Below, piece after piece: positions 39,185-47,742 of a DNA stretch of 64,000 nucleotides; position 1 is the stretch's first letter; every line of letters starts with the position of its first letter. The notes under the pieces were generated by a model that ran no database searches, was not told the DNA's origin, and saw nothing but the letters and a program-made list of their open reading frames with translations. Made by a program: the position numbers and the translations under genes. Source of the DNA: Caulobacter sp. (lineage in GTDB: Bacteria; Pseudomonadota; Alphaproteobacteria; Caulobacterales; Caulobacteraceae); assembly GCA_019636175.1 (NCBI GenBank), contig JAHBYC010000002.1:62759-126758 (forward strand), in the 5' to 3' direction.

Positions 39185-39955
39185 ATGGATGGGAAAAACG
39201 ACGACAGGAATGACGGGCTGGACCGTCTCACCGAGCGTGAGCGCCAGGTTCTGCGTCTTGTCTACGAGCATCTGAACAGCAAGGAAATCGGCCGAAAACT
39301 GGGGATTGCCGACCACACGGTCGTCAATCACCTGCGCAAGGCGCGCGAGCGGCTGGGGGTTACAACCCGGTTCGAGGCGGCGCGACTGCTGCGCGCGGCC
39401 GAACAGCACGTCATGACACGTGGCGTGTCAGGCATGACGGTGGTCATGGCGCCGGACGAGGATGATCCGGCAGGTTTGGCTCAACGACCCGGAGCCAGAC
39501 ACCATGACCCCAGCCAACGATCACAACCTCGCCGCCGCCCCCGGCCTCAGCCAGGCCCTCTGGATGAAGGGCGAGGTCGAGCGCTTCGAGAACACCTTCC
39601 GCAAGGGCCCGCAGTCGCGGACCCCGATGCCGGTCTGGACCTGGGAGCAGCTGGAACGACAGCTCGTCAGCCTGGCGTCTGGCCCGGAGATGGCCTCGGT
39701 GACGCCGGAGCTGGTGTCGGCGGTGCGCAAGCAAGCCCGCTGGCTCCCGCCGGAAATGGCCCTGCGGGAGATTCTCTGCGCGGCCTTCGCGGTTATGGAC
39801 GGCGACTTTTCGCCCCCGACCCCGGAGGCCGGCTCAACAGTCTAGGACCGGTCCAGCGCCTGGGCGTGATCGGCGCGATCATGTTGGCCACCGCCCTGGC
39901 TTTCGGCACCACGCTGTCGGGACTGTTGGCCCTGCAGCAACTTATCCGCCCCTGA
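39185..39955 (+). CDS. LuxR-type HTH protein with long low-complexity linker and C-terminal TM anchor (256 aa)
   Basis: LTERERQVLRL..SKEIGRKLGI..TVVNHLRKARERLGV..R.EAARL; tail GGRLNSLGPVQRL followed by hydrophobic GVIGAIMLATALAFGTTLSGLLAL. Confidence 0.8.
   Translation: MDGKNDDRNDGLDRLTERERQVLRLVYEHLNSKEIGRKLGIADHTVVNHLRKARERLGVTTRFEAARLLRAAEQHVMTRGVSGMTVVMAPDEDDPAGLAQRPGARHHDPSQRSQPRRRPRPQPGPLDEGRGRALREHLPQGPAVADPDAGLDLGAAGTTARQPGVWPGDGLGDAGAGVGGAQASPLAPAGNGPAGDSLRGLRGYGRRLFAPDPGGRLNSLGPVQRLGVIGAIMLATALAFGTTLSGLLALQQLIRP
39504..39845 (+). CDS. Hypothetical protein (113 aa) nested in the +1 frame of the LuxR gene
   Basis: GGAG 9 nt before the ATG; by hand count only about 12 of 113 codons end in A/T; globular-looking composition (PVWTWEQLERQL, VSAVRKQARW.PPEMALREILC). 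Confidence 0.75.
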   Translation: MTPANDHNLAAAPGLSQALWMKGEVERFENTFRKGPQSRTPMPVWTWEQLERQLVSLASGPEMASVTPELVSAVRKQARWLPPEMALREILCAAFAVMDGDFSPPTPEAGSTV

Positions 39956-40025
39956 CCTGACGGTTCGGGGGGCGACCCCGGAATTCATCAGGATGGCCCC
40001 CAGCGGGCCTTACAGGGAGGCGACT

Positions 40026-40379
40026 ATGCTGCATCAACGACGCACTGCTGCCGAGGCCGTGGCCAGGCAGCTGTTTGAAGCCGAGGAAGCCCTCGACGTG
40101 GCCCTGGCCGCCGTCGCCAGCCTCGCGGTGACCATGCCCACCGCCCGGAAAGGGGCCAATCTCTCGGTCATGTACGGCCAGGACGCGATGGAAAGCGCCA
40201 GCGAGACGCTGAACCATTTGACCCAGGCCCGCCGCACCATCATCGCCACCCACAACGCCCTGGCGGTGGCCCAGCACCAGATGGGCCTTGGCCGGTTCGC
40301 GGTGGGTCCTGAGAACGACAAACCCGAAACGACGCCGATCACGACTGGTGTTCATCTGAAAGCGGTCAAGGCCGCCTGA
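40026..40379 (+). CDS. Hypothetical helical protein (117 aa)
   Basis: GGGAGG RBS; AVARQLFEAEEALDVALA..GQDA..ARRTIIATHNAL. Confidence 0.8.
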   Translation: MLHQRRTAAEAVARQLFEAEEALDVALAAVASLAVTMPTARKGANLSVMYGQDAMESASETLNHLTQARRTIIATHNALAVAQHQMGLGRFAVGPENDKPETTPITTGVHLKAVKAA

Positions 40380-40433
40380 CAACCTGAGCGTTTTGGATCA
40401 CAATCGAATTCTGCACTCGCGGGACTCAACCTG

Positions 40434-40886
40434 TTGTCCATTCCGGTCTGGTTTGCCGTTTCCTTCTCCGTGACCGCCCTTGCCACCGGCTTTGCCGTCT
40501 GGAAGGGCGGTCCACCGGAGCGCGCCACCGGCGTATTTCTCTTTCTGGCTACTCAGGCGACGTTTCTTATCGCGGATCGGCGATGGATTGACGTTCAGTT
40601 CGCAGTTCTCGCCCTGGATGTCGCCGCCCTCATTCTGCTCGGAGCCCTCGCCCTGTTCGCGGACCGCTGGTGGCCGATGTGGACGGCGGGTCTTCAGGGC
40701 CTCGCCGTGATCATCCACCTGGCCTTCTGGATGCAGCACAAGGTGATCAGCCTCGTCTATTCCATCGCCTTAAACATCATAGGGTATGCGGTGCTGCTGA
40801 CCCTCGTGATCGGAACGGTCTCCTACATCCGGCGACGCAAGCGGCTTCGGGCCATTACGAACCTGGACTATCGCGGCGCCAGCTGA
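40434..40886 (+). CDS. Hypothetical multi-pass membrane protein (150 aa)
   Basis: Four to five hydrophobic helices, WKGGPPER and DRWWPMW motifs, basic C-tail; TTG start uncertain. Confidence 0.75.
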   Translation: MSIPVWFAVSFSVTALATGFAVWKGGPPERATGVFLFLATQATFLIADRRWIDVQFAVLALDVAALILLGALALFADRWWPMWTAGLQGLAVIIHLAFWMQHKVISLVYSIALNIIGYAVLLTLVIGTVSYIRRRKRLRAITNLDYRGAS

Positions 40887-41758
40887 GCCTCGAAGAATTC
40901 CGCCGCGCGCTTGCGGGCGTCCTCGGTGGCCGCGGCGTTGGCCGGCACGGACTGCTTCTTCTTGCCGGGATCGTCGAAGCTGTGGGCGGCGCCGTCATAG
41001 GTGACCATCTCCACCTGACCGCCGAGGCCCTTGCTGCGCTTAACCAGGCTGGCGCAGATCTTGGGGGAGATTTCCTCGTCGTCCGTGCCGATCAGCACCA
41101 GAACCGGCGCGTAGGGCTTCCAGCCCTTGGCCGCGAACCGCTTTTGCAGGCCGCAGCCCGGATAAAACGCCAGACCGGCGCGAAAGCCGATCTTGCCCAT
41201 GTCGCCGGGCTTGTCGTCGGCCATGGCCGCCAGGGTGGCGCTGGCCCCGTTCGACCAGCCCATCAGCCCGATGCGGTCGCCGTCCACGCCCGGCAGCGAG
41301 CGCAGGTAGCGCAGGGCTCCGTAGGCGTCGAGCGGCCGGATGGTGACTTCGTTGATGCTGTCGGGCCGGTCGTTGTAGGTGCCCGCCTTGAAGCCGCCCG
41401 GATAGCCGCGCGGTCCGAACCCGTCGACGACGATGGCGTAGTAGCCGCGCGCGGCCCAGTAGCGGGCCCAGTACTTGTGGCGCAGGGTCAGGGTGTCGCC
41501 GGTGTAGACCCCGTCCGCCAGCGAGGAGTAGGCCCCGGCGCGACCGTGCATCAGGACCACCGCCGGCGCCTTGGCGGCGGAAGGCGCCGGCTTGAACAGA
41601 TAGCCGACCAGTTCGGTCTTGCCATCGTCCATGCTGCGAAACGTCACCCGCTCGGCGTCGGGCGCGGCGGCTTTCGGCGTGGTCTGGGCGACGACAGCGG
41701 AACCGCCCGTCAAGCCGAGCGAGAGGATGGCGGCGAGGGAAAGAGCAAAAAGGCGCAT
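40868..41758 (-). CDS. Exported dienelactone hydrolase-family protein
   Basis: Signal peptide, AVVLMHG, GWSNG, FYPGC, AHSFD. Confidence 0.85.
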   Translation of the reverse strand: MRLFALSLAAILSLGLTGGSAVVAQTTPKAAAPDAERVTFRSMDDGKTELVGYLFKPAPSAAKAPAVVLMHGRAGAYSSLADGVYTGDTLTLRHKYWARYWAARGYYAIVVDGFGPRGYPGGFKAGTYNDRPDSINEVTIRPLDAYGALRYLRSLPGVDGDRIGLMGWSNGASATLAAMADDKPGDMGKIGFRAGLAFYPGCGLQKRFAAKGWKPYAPVLVLIGTDDEEISPKICASLVKRSKGLGGQVEMVTYDGAAHSFDDPGKKKQSVPANAAATEDARKRAAEFFEAQLAPR

Positions 41759-41775
41759 GCTGGTCTCCGGACGCT

Positions 41776-42480
41776 TCACGACTTGGCTTTCCAGGCCTGG
41801 TAGCGGGCCTGGGTCTCGGCGTTGGGGGGGTAGAGTCCGGGCAGAGGGACGCCGCGCTCGACCTCGCTGACCACCCAGCCCTCGAAGCGCTCCTGCTCGA
41901 CCCCCAGTTCGGCAACCTCCTCGACGAGGGCGGCGGGCACGACCACCGCGCCGTCCTCGTCGGCGACGATCACGTCACCCGGGAAGATGGCGACGCCGCC
42001 GCAGCTGACCGGTTCCTGCCAGCCCACGAAGGTCAGACCGGCCACCGACGGCGGGGCGGCGACGCCGGCGCACCAGACGTCCAGCCCGGTCCCCCGTACG
42101 CCGACGGCGTCGCGGATCACCCCGTCGGTCACCAGCGCGGCGACCCCCCGCTTGACCATGCGGGCGCAAAGGATGTCGCCGAACACCCCGGCGTCCTTCA
42201 CGCCCTGGGCGTCGATCACCGCGATGACGCCGGGCTCCATCGCCTCGATGGCGGCGCGGGTCGAGGTGGGCGATGCCCAGGATTCCGGTGTCGCCAGATC
42301 CTCCCGCGCCGGGACGAACCGCATGGTGAAGGCCGGGCCGACAACCCGCCGCGCGCCGGACGACCAGGGCGACGCGCCGCGAAGCCAGACGTTTCTCAGG
42401 CCCTTCTTGAGCAGGATGGTGGTCAGGGTGGCGGTCGAAACGCCCTCGAGACGGGCCCGGGTTTCAGACGACAGGGACAT
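41776..42480 (-). CDS. RraA-family protein (HMG/CHA aldolase-like)
   Basis: VGPAFTMRF, FGDIL, VTDGVIRD, PGDVIVADEDGAVVVP. Confidence 0.85.
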   Translation of the reverse strand: MSLSSETRARLEGVSTATLTTILLKKGLRNVWLRGASPWSSGARRVVGPAFTMRFVPAREDLATPESWASPTSTRAAIEAMEPGVIAVIDAQGVKDAGVFGDILCARMVKRGVAALVTDGVIRDAVGVRGTGLDVWCAGVAAPPSVAGLTFVGWQEPVSCGGVAIFPGDVIVADEDGAVVVPAALVEEVAELGVEQERFEGWVVSEVERGVPLPGLYPPNAETQARYQAWKAKS

Positions 42481-42498
42481 GGGACTGACGGCTCGCGT

Positions 42499-43284
42499 TC
42501 AGAGGCTGGGAATCTGGCCGCCGTCCACCCGGACGATCGAGCCGGTGACATAGGCGGCCGGCGCGCTGCACAGGAAGGCCGCGACCGACCCGTACTCGCC
42601 CGGATCGCCGAACCGTCCGGCGGGGATGGCCGCCAGGCTGGCTGCTTCCACCGCCTCGACCGCCCTGCCCTCCCGCTCGGCGCGCTTCTCGTCGAGAAAG
42701 CGGGTGCGGTCGGTGGCGATACGACCGGGAACGATGATATTGCAGGTCACCCCGTCTCGGGCGACTTCTCGCGACAGGGTCTTGGACCAGCCGACCAGGG
42801 ACAGCCGCAGGGCGTTGGACAGGGCCAGGCCCGGGATCGGCGCCTCCACGCCGGATGAGGTGCTGGTCAGGATCCGGCCCCACCCCCGCTCGCGCATCCC
42901 CGGCAGCACCCGGTCGGTGATGGCGATGACCGAAGCCACCAGCGCCTGGAACTGGGAGATCCAGAGATCGGGGTCCTGGCCAGCGGCGGGCGTGGGCGGC
43001 GGGCCGCCGGTGTTGTTGATCAGGATATCGACCGGTCCCAGCGCGGCCTCGACGGCGGAGACCCGGGCGTCGATGACCGAGCGGTCCGACAGGTCCCAGG
43101 CCAGCGGCAGGGCGCGGACGCCCGGCGCCTCGCACTCGGCGGCCAGGGCCTCCAGACGATCGACCCGGCGCGCGGCCAGGGCGACGCTGACCCCCTCCTT
43201 GGCCAGGGCTAGGGCGATGGCGCGCCCAAGGCCGCTGCTGGCGCCAAGGACGAGGGCCGTCTTTCCGGCGATGCCAAGATCCAT
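42499..43284 (-). CDS. Short-chain dehydrogenase/reductase
   Basis: GASSGLG, INNTGGPP, PGRIATDR, YVTGS..VDGG. Confidence 0.9.
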   Translation of the reverse strand: MDLGIAGKTALVLGASSGLGRAIALALAKEGVSVALAARRVDRLEALAAECEAPGVRALPLAWDLSDRSVIDARVSAVEAALGPVDILINNTGGPPPTPAAGQDPDLWISQFQALVASVIAITDRVLPGMRERGWGRILTSTSSGVEAPIPGLALSNALRLSLVGWSKTLSREVARDGVTCNIIVPGRIATDRTRFLDEKRAEREGRAVEAVEAASLAAIPAGRFGDPGEYGSVAAFLCSAPAAYVTGSIVRVDGGQIPSL

Positions 43285-43299
43285 GGGTCCTCGTCTCCG

Positions 43300-44229
43300 T
43301 CAGAAGTCGGCGCGGCGGTCATGCCCCGCCAGGCGCCGCAGCAGATAGTCCACCTCGGCCCTGGCGGTCGCGGACAGCACCGGACCGGGGGTCCGCAAGG
43401 CGTCGCTGACGATCACGCCCCGCCGGCGCAGAATGTATTTGCGCACCGCCAGGCCGATCCCCTGCTGATGCTCATAGCGCAACAGCGGCAGATGGGCGTC
43501 GAACAGATCGTGGGCGGCGTCCCTTCGCCCGGCCCGTGCATGGGCCACCAGGTCGACCAGCATTTCAGGGAAGGCATAGCCGGTCATGGCGCCGTCGGCC
43601 CCGCGCTCGGTCTCGAAATCAAGGAACAGTCCGCCGTTGCCGCACAGGATGGACAACGGCCGCATCGTCCCCTCGGCCTGGAACCGGCGCAGGGCGCTGA
43701 TCTTCTCCAGTCCGGGCCAGTCCTCATGCTTCAGCATCACGCAGGAGGGATTGTCCTCGACGATGCGGCGGATCACCCCCGGCGTCATCTGCACGGTCAG
43801 GGTCAGGGGATAGTCCTGCAGGACGAAGGGCGTGTCCGGGCCTACCGCCTGGGCCGCCTCGGCGAAATAGCCGGTGATCTGATCATCGGTGCGCAGACCC
43901 GCGGGCGGCCCGATCATCACCCCGACCGCACCGGCGTCCATCGAGGCCCGGGCCAGCGCCCGCATGGCGGCGAACCCCGGCGCCGAGACGCCCACCACCA
44001 CCGGCAGCCGGGTCCGCGACAGCACCCGGCGGGCGAAGGCCAGGGCTTCCGACGACTCCAGCTTGGGGGCCTCGCCGAGAATTCCAAGGATCGTCAGGCC
44101 ATCGACGCCGGTCTGTTCATACCAGTCCAGCATCCGGTCGACCGAGGCGTCATCGATGGCGCCCTCGGCCGTGAACGGCGTCACCGCGATGGCGTAGACC
44201 CCCGAGGTCGTGGGTGAGAGCAGGCTCAC
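43300..44229 (-). CDS. Dihydrodipicolinate synthase-family class I aldolase/lyase
   Basis: IAVTPF, LGILGEA, LQDYP, MLKHED (Schiff-base Lys). Confidence 0.85.
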   Translation of the reverse strand: MSLLSPTTSGVYAIAVTPFTAEGAIDDASVDRMLDWYEQTGVDGLTILGILGEAPKLESSEALAFARRVLSRTRLPVVVGVSAPGFAAMRALARASMDAGAVGVMIGPPAGLRTDDQITGYFAEAAQAVGPDTPFVLQDYPLTLTVQMTPGVIRRIVEDNPSCVMLKHEDWPGLEKISALRRFQAEGTMRPLSILCGNGGLFLDFETERGADGAMTGYAFPEMLVDLVAHARAGRRDAAHDLFDAHLPLLRYEHQQGIGLAVRKYILRRRGVIVSDALRTPGPVLSATARAEVDYLLRRLAGHDRRADF

Positions 44230-45995
44230 GGCGCCGGCGTCAGACTGCGGGCCTGCCCCTCGCGCCGGCTGTCGGCCCCGCCGTCGATCATGCCGTCGGC
44301 GCGGAAGATCACCCCGTGAAGGCCACTCTCCTCGCCATAGCCGCGCTTGACCTCAACGCCCCGCGCGGCCAGGCCCTCGACGACGCCGGGGGGGAACTTC
44401 TGCGCCTCGCCGTTGAAGTCTGGCCCTCGCGCGACGAGGTTGGGCAGGTCGATGGCCGACTGCATCGGCAGGCCCCAGTCCAGGACCCCGACCAGGGTCT
44501 TGGCGACATAGGCGGGAATGGCGTTGCCGCCCGGCGAGCCGATCGCCCCGACCAGCCGGCCCTGCCTGTCGAGGATCAGCACCGGGGTCATCGAGGAGCG
44601 GGGCCGCTTGCCGCCCGCCACCGCATTGGCCGCCGGGGCCCCGTCCGCCTCGTTCGGGCGGAAGGAGAAGTCGGTCAGCTGGTTGTTGAGGAAGAAGCCC
44701 TCGACCATCCGGCCAGATCCAAAGAAAGACTCCACGGTGGTGGTCATCGACACCGCATCGCCCCAGCGGTCGACGATGACGAAATGGGTGGTGCCAGGCA
44801 CCTCGGCGGTGGCGTCGATGCCGACCACCTTCGCGCCCGGAGGGTTGCCGGCGACCTGGACTCCGGGGCGGGCCCGTTCGCCGACGGCCTTGACCCGTTC
44901 ATCCAGATAGGCCGGCGTCAGCAGCCCCTCGACCGGGACGCTGACGAAGCGCGGATCGCCGACATAGCGGTCCCGGTCGGCGTACATCACCCGGCTGGCC
45001 TCGGCGAACAGGTACCAGGCCTGGGGATCGGTCGGCCCGCGGCTGGCGATATCGGTCCGCTCCAGCAGGCCCATCAGCTCCAGCAACCCCACCCCGCTGG
45101 CCGGCGGCGAGGGCGCGCACAGCACCCAGACCCGGTAGGGCCGGCACAGGGCCTCGATCTCCTGCGGCCGATAGGCGGCCAGGTCGGCCAGGGTCATCGA
45201 TCCCGGATAGGCGCCGGCGTGGGTGCGGGCGACGATCTTCTCGGCGATGTCGCCGGTGTAGAGGGCCGAGGCGCCCTCCGAGGCCATGCGGCGCAGGACG
45301 GCGGCGTAGGCCGGGTTCTTCAAAAGGTCGCCGGTCTGCAGGGCGCCGCCATCGGGCCGGGAGAAATAGCGGGCGCCGTCCGGCGACTTGTCGGCCGAGA
45401 TGAACTTGCGGATCTGGTCGGCCAGGCGAGGGGTGACGACGATGCCGGCGTCGGCGGTGCGGGCAGTATCCTCGAACAGGCTGTTCCACGGCAGTCGACC
45501 GTGCCTCGCCTGCACCGCCTCCAGCATCGCCATGGCGCCCGGGACGCCGGTCGACCGGCCGCTGCGGATGGCCTCGGGGCGTTTGAGCGGCGCGCCGTCC
45601 GGGCCGATGAACAGTGTCGCTGTCGCGGCGGCGGGAGCGGTCTCGCGACCGTTCCAGGCGGTGACCTTTCCGGTCGCCGCCTCGTAGTACATCAGAAAGC
45701 CGCCGCCCCCGATGCCGCTGCTCTGTGGCTCGACAAGACCCAGCATGACCTGAACCGCCACGGCGGCGTCCGCCGCGCTGCCGCCGCGCCGCAACACCGC
45801 CAGACCGGCTTCCACCGCCATCGGATTGGCCGCGGCGACAAACCCGGGCGTCTGCACGCCCGCCTGCGGCGCGGCGGTCGGTGCGGTCGGCGCGGGCGCG
45901 CCGGCCAGGGCCGGGGCGACCAGCAGGCCGGCGCTGACGAGGCCGGCGACCAGTCGGCGAATGGGCGCGCCGCCCCTCAAGAGGCCGGTGCTCAC
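44226..45995 (-). CDS. ggt: Gamma-glutamyltransferase family protein (exported)
   Basis: GGSAADAA, EPQSSGIGGG, GTTHFVIVD (Thr nucleophile), LNNQLTDF, KRPRSSM, GSPGG. Confidence 0.92.
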   Translation of the reverse strand: MSTGLLRGGAPIRRLVAGLVSAGLLVAPALAGAPAPTAPTAAPQAGVQTPGFVAAANPMAVEAGLAVLRRGGSAADAAVAVQVMLGLVEPQSSGIGGGGFLMYYEAATGKVTAWNGRETAPAAATATLFIGPDGAPLKRPEAIRSGRSTGVPGAMAMLEAVQARHGRLPWNSLFEDTARTADAGIVVTPRLADQIRKFISADKSPDGARYFSRPDGGALQTGDLLKNPAYAAVLRRMASEGASALYTGDIAEKIVARTHAGAYPGSMTLADLAAYRPQEIEALCRPYRVWVLCAPSPPASGVGLLELMGLLERTDIASRGPTDPQAWYLFAEASRVMYADRDRYVGDPRFVSVPVEGLLTPAYLDERVKAVGERARPGVQVAGNPPGAKVVGIDATAEVPGTTHFVIVDRWGDAVSMTTTVESFFGSGRMVEGFFLNNQLTDFSFRPNEADGAPAANAVAGGKRPRSSMTPVLILDRQGRLVGAIGSPGGNAIPAYVAKTLVGVLDWGLPMQSAIDLPNLVARGPDFNGEAQKFPPGVVEGLAARGVEVKRGYGEESGLHGVIFRADGMIDGGADSRREGQARSLTPAP

Positions 45996-47722
45996 GGAGC
46001 CACCGCCAGGGCGCCAGGGCGTCGGGGATCGGCGGCGCCCAGATACAGACCCTTTTCGATCATCACCGACTGGGCGCTGCCCATGGTCTGCCCCGTCTTC
46101 ACCGGATGACCCATGGCCTTGAGCAGATCGACCGTATCGGGGTTGAAGCCCGGCTCCACCTCGAGCGTGTCGGTGGCCGCCTGGAAGATGCGGGGCTGAT
46201 TCACCGCGGCCGCCACGTTCATGTCGAAGTCGACGGCGTTGACGATGACCTGCAGCACCGTGTCGATGATGGTGCTACCGCCCGGCGAGCCGGTGATCAG
46301 CCAGGGCTGGTCATCCTTGAACACCATGGTCGGCATCATCGTCGACAGCATGCGCTTGCCCGGCGCCATGGCGTTCAGCGGCATCGGCTTGCCTTCGGCG
46401 ATGGCCTTGAACGCCTGCTCGTGGCTGTAGTTGTTCATCTCGTTGTTGAGCAGGAAACCGCCGCCCTCGATCATCACGCCGGACCCGAAGTCGGCGCCAA
46501 GGGTGTAGGTGGTGGCGACCACATTGCCCTGGCCGTCGGCGACGACGAAATGGGTGGTGCTGGGGCTCTCGAATTTCCACGGATCGCCGCCGCGCATGAC
46601 CTTGGCGGGCCTGGCCTTCTCAGGGTCGATTTTCGCGGCCTGCTCCGCCCCGTAGGCCTTGGAGATGAAGCCCTGCAGGGGGACCTTCACGAAGTCGGTG
46701 TCGCCGATGAACTCATAGCGGTCGGCATAGGCCAGCTTCATCGCCTCGGCCTCGATGTGGATGGTCCGGGCCGAGCCGGGGCCGGACGCCTTGAGGTCGA
46801 AATGCTCAAGGATGTTGAGCATCTGCAGCAGGGTCGCCCCGCCGGCGCTGGCCGGCGGCGTGGTGTAGACGGTCAAGCCCCGATAGCTGCCGACCAGGGG
46901 CTCGCGCACGATCGGCTTGTAGGCGGCCAGGTCGGTGGCGGTGATGAGACCGCCGTGAGCGGCCATGTCATCGACGATCTTCTTGGCGATCGGCCCGCGG
47001 TAGAAGGCGTCCGCGCCGTGGTCGGCGATCTGGCGCAGGGTCCAGGCCAGCTCAGGCTGCTTCAGGGTCTCCCCGGCCCGGTAGAGACTGCCGTCGGCGT
47101 GGTAGAAGGTCCGCAGCGCCGCCTTGCTCTGGCTCAGACGGTCGCGCCCCCAAGAGAAGACGAAGGCCTCGTCGGGGGTCAGGACCACGCCGTCCTCGGC
47201 CAGGGCGATGGCCGGGGCCAGCACCGTCTTCCACGGCAGCTTGCCATAGCGGCTGTGCGCCAGTTGCAGCCCGGCCACCGTCCCCGGAACGGACGGGGCG
47301 CGATAGCCCTTGGAGGCGACGTCGGTCTCTTCACCGTCGGCATCGACGAAGTCGGACAGCTTGGCCAGGGCCGGGGCCACCGAGCGGAAGTCGATGACCA
47401 CCACCTTCTTCTCTTCGGCCAGGTAGATCATCATGAAGCCGTCGCCGGCGATGTTCCCGGCTCGCGGCAGGGTCACGGCCAGGGCGAAGGCGACGGCGAC
47501 GTTGGCGTCCACCGCGTTGCCGCCCTGCCGCAGGATGTCGGCGCCGATCTGGCTGGCCAGGGCGCTCTGACTGGCCACCATGCCCTTTTCCCCCACCACC
47601 GGATGGTGGATCGAGGGGTATTCCAGCAGTTGCTTGCGCTGCGCCTGGGCCATGCCCGCCGCCGGTGCGAACACCAGGGCGGCGGCTGTAAGGGCGGCGG
47701 CGAGACGACGGAACAGGGACAT
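45992..47722 (-). CDS. ggt: Gamma-glutamyltransferase family protein (exported)
   Basis: GGNAVDA, STTHFVVAD, LNNEM, KRMLSTM, GSPGGS, ADPRR. Confidence 0.92.
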   Translation of the reverse strand: MSLFRRLAAALTAAALVFAPAAGMAQAQRKQLLEYPSIHHPVVGEKGMVASQSALASQIGADILRQGGNAVDANVAVAFALAVTLPRAGNIAGDGFMMIYLAEEKKVVVIDFRSVAPALAKLSDFVDADGEETDVASKGYRAPSVPGTVAGLQLAHSRYGKLPWKTVLAPAIALAEDGVVLTPDEAFVFSWGRDRLSQSKAALRTFYHADGSLYRAGETLKQPELAWTLRQIADHGADAFYRGPIAKKIVDDMAAHGGLITATDLAAYKPIVREPLVGSYRGLTVYTTPPASAGGATLLQMLNILEHFDLKASGPGSARTIHIEAEAMKLAYADRYEFIGDTDFVKVPLQGFISKAYGAEQAAKIDPEKARPAKVMRGGDPWKFESPSTTHFVVADGQGNVVATTYTLGADFGSGVMIEGGGFLLNNEMNNYSHEQAFKAIAEGKPMPLNAMAPGKRMLSTMMPTMVFKDDQPWLITGSPGGSTIIDTVLQVIVNAVDFDMNVAAAVNQPRIFQAATDTLEVEPGFNPDTVDLLKAMGHPVKTGQTMGSAQSVMIEKGLYLGAADPRRPGALAVAP

Positions 47723-47742
47723 GGGGCGCTCTTGCTAGGCTG

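Noticed and set aside
39185-39845. Single frameshift or pseudogene explanation for the LuxR/nested ORF pair
   Set aside because: One frameshift would leave the in-frame, coding-like TM tail (39846-39955) unexplained, and the inner ORF has its own RBS. Not fully excluded without reads.
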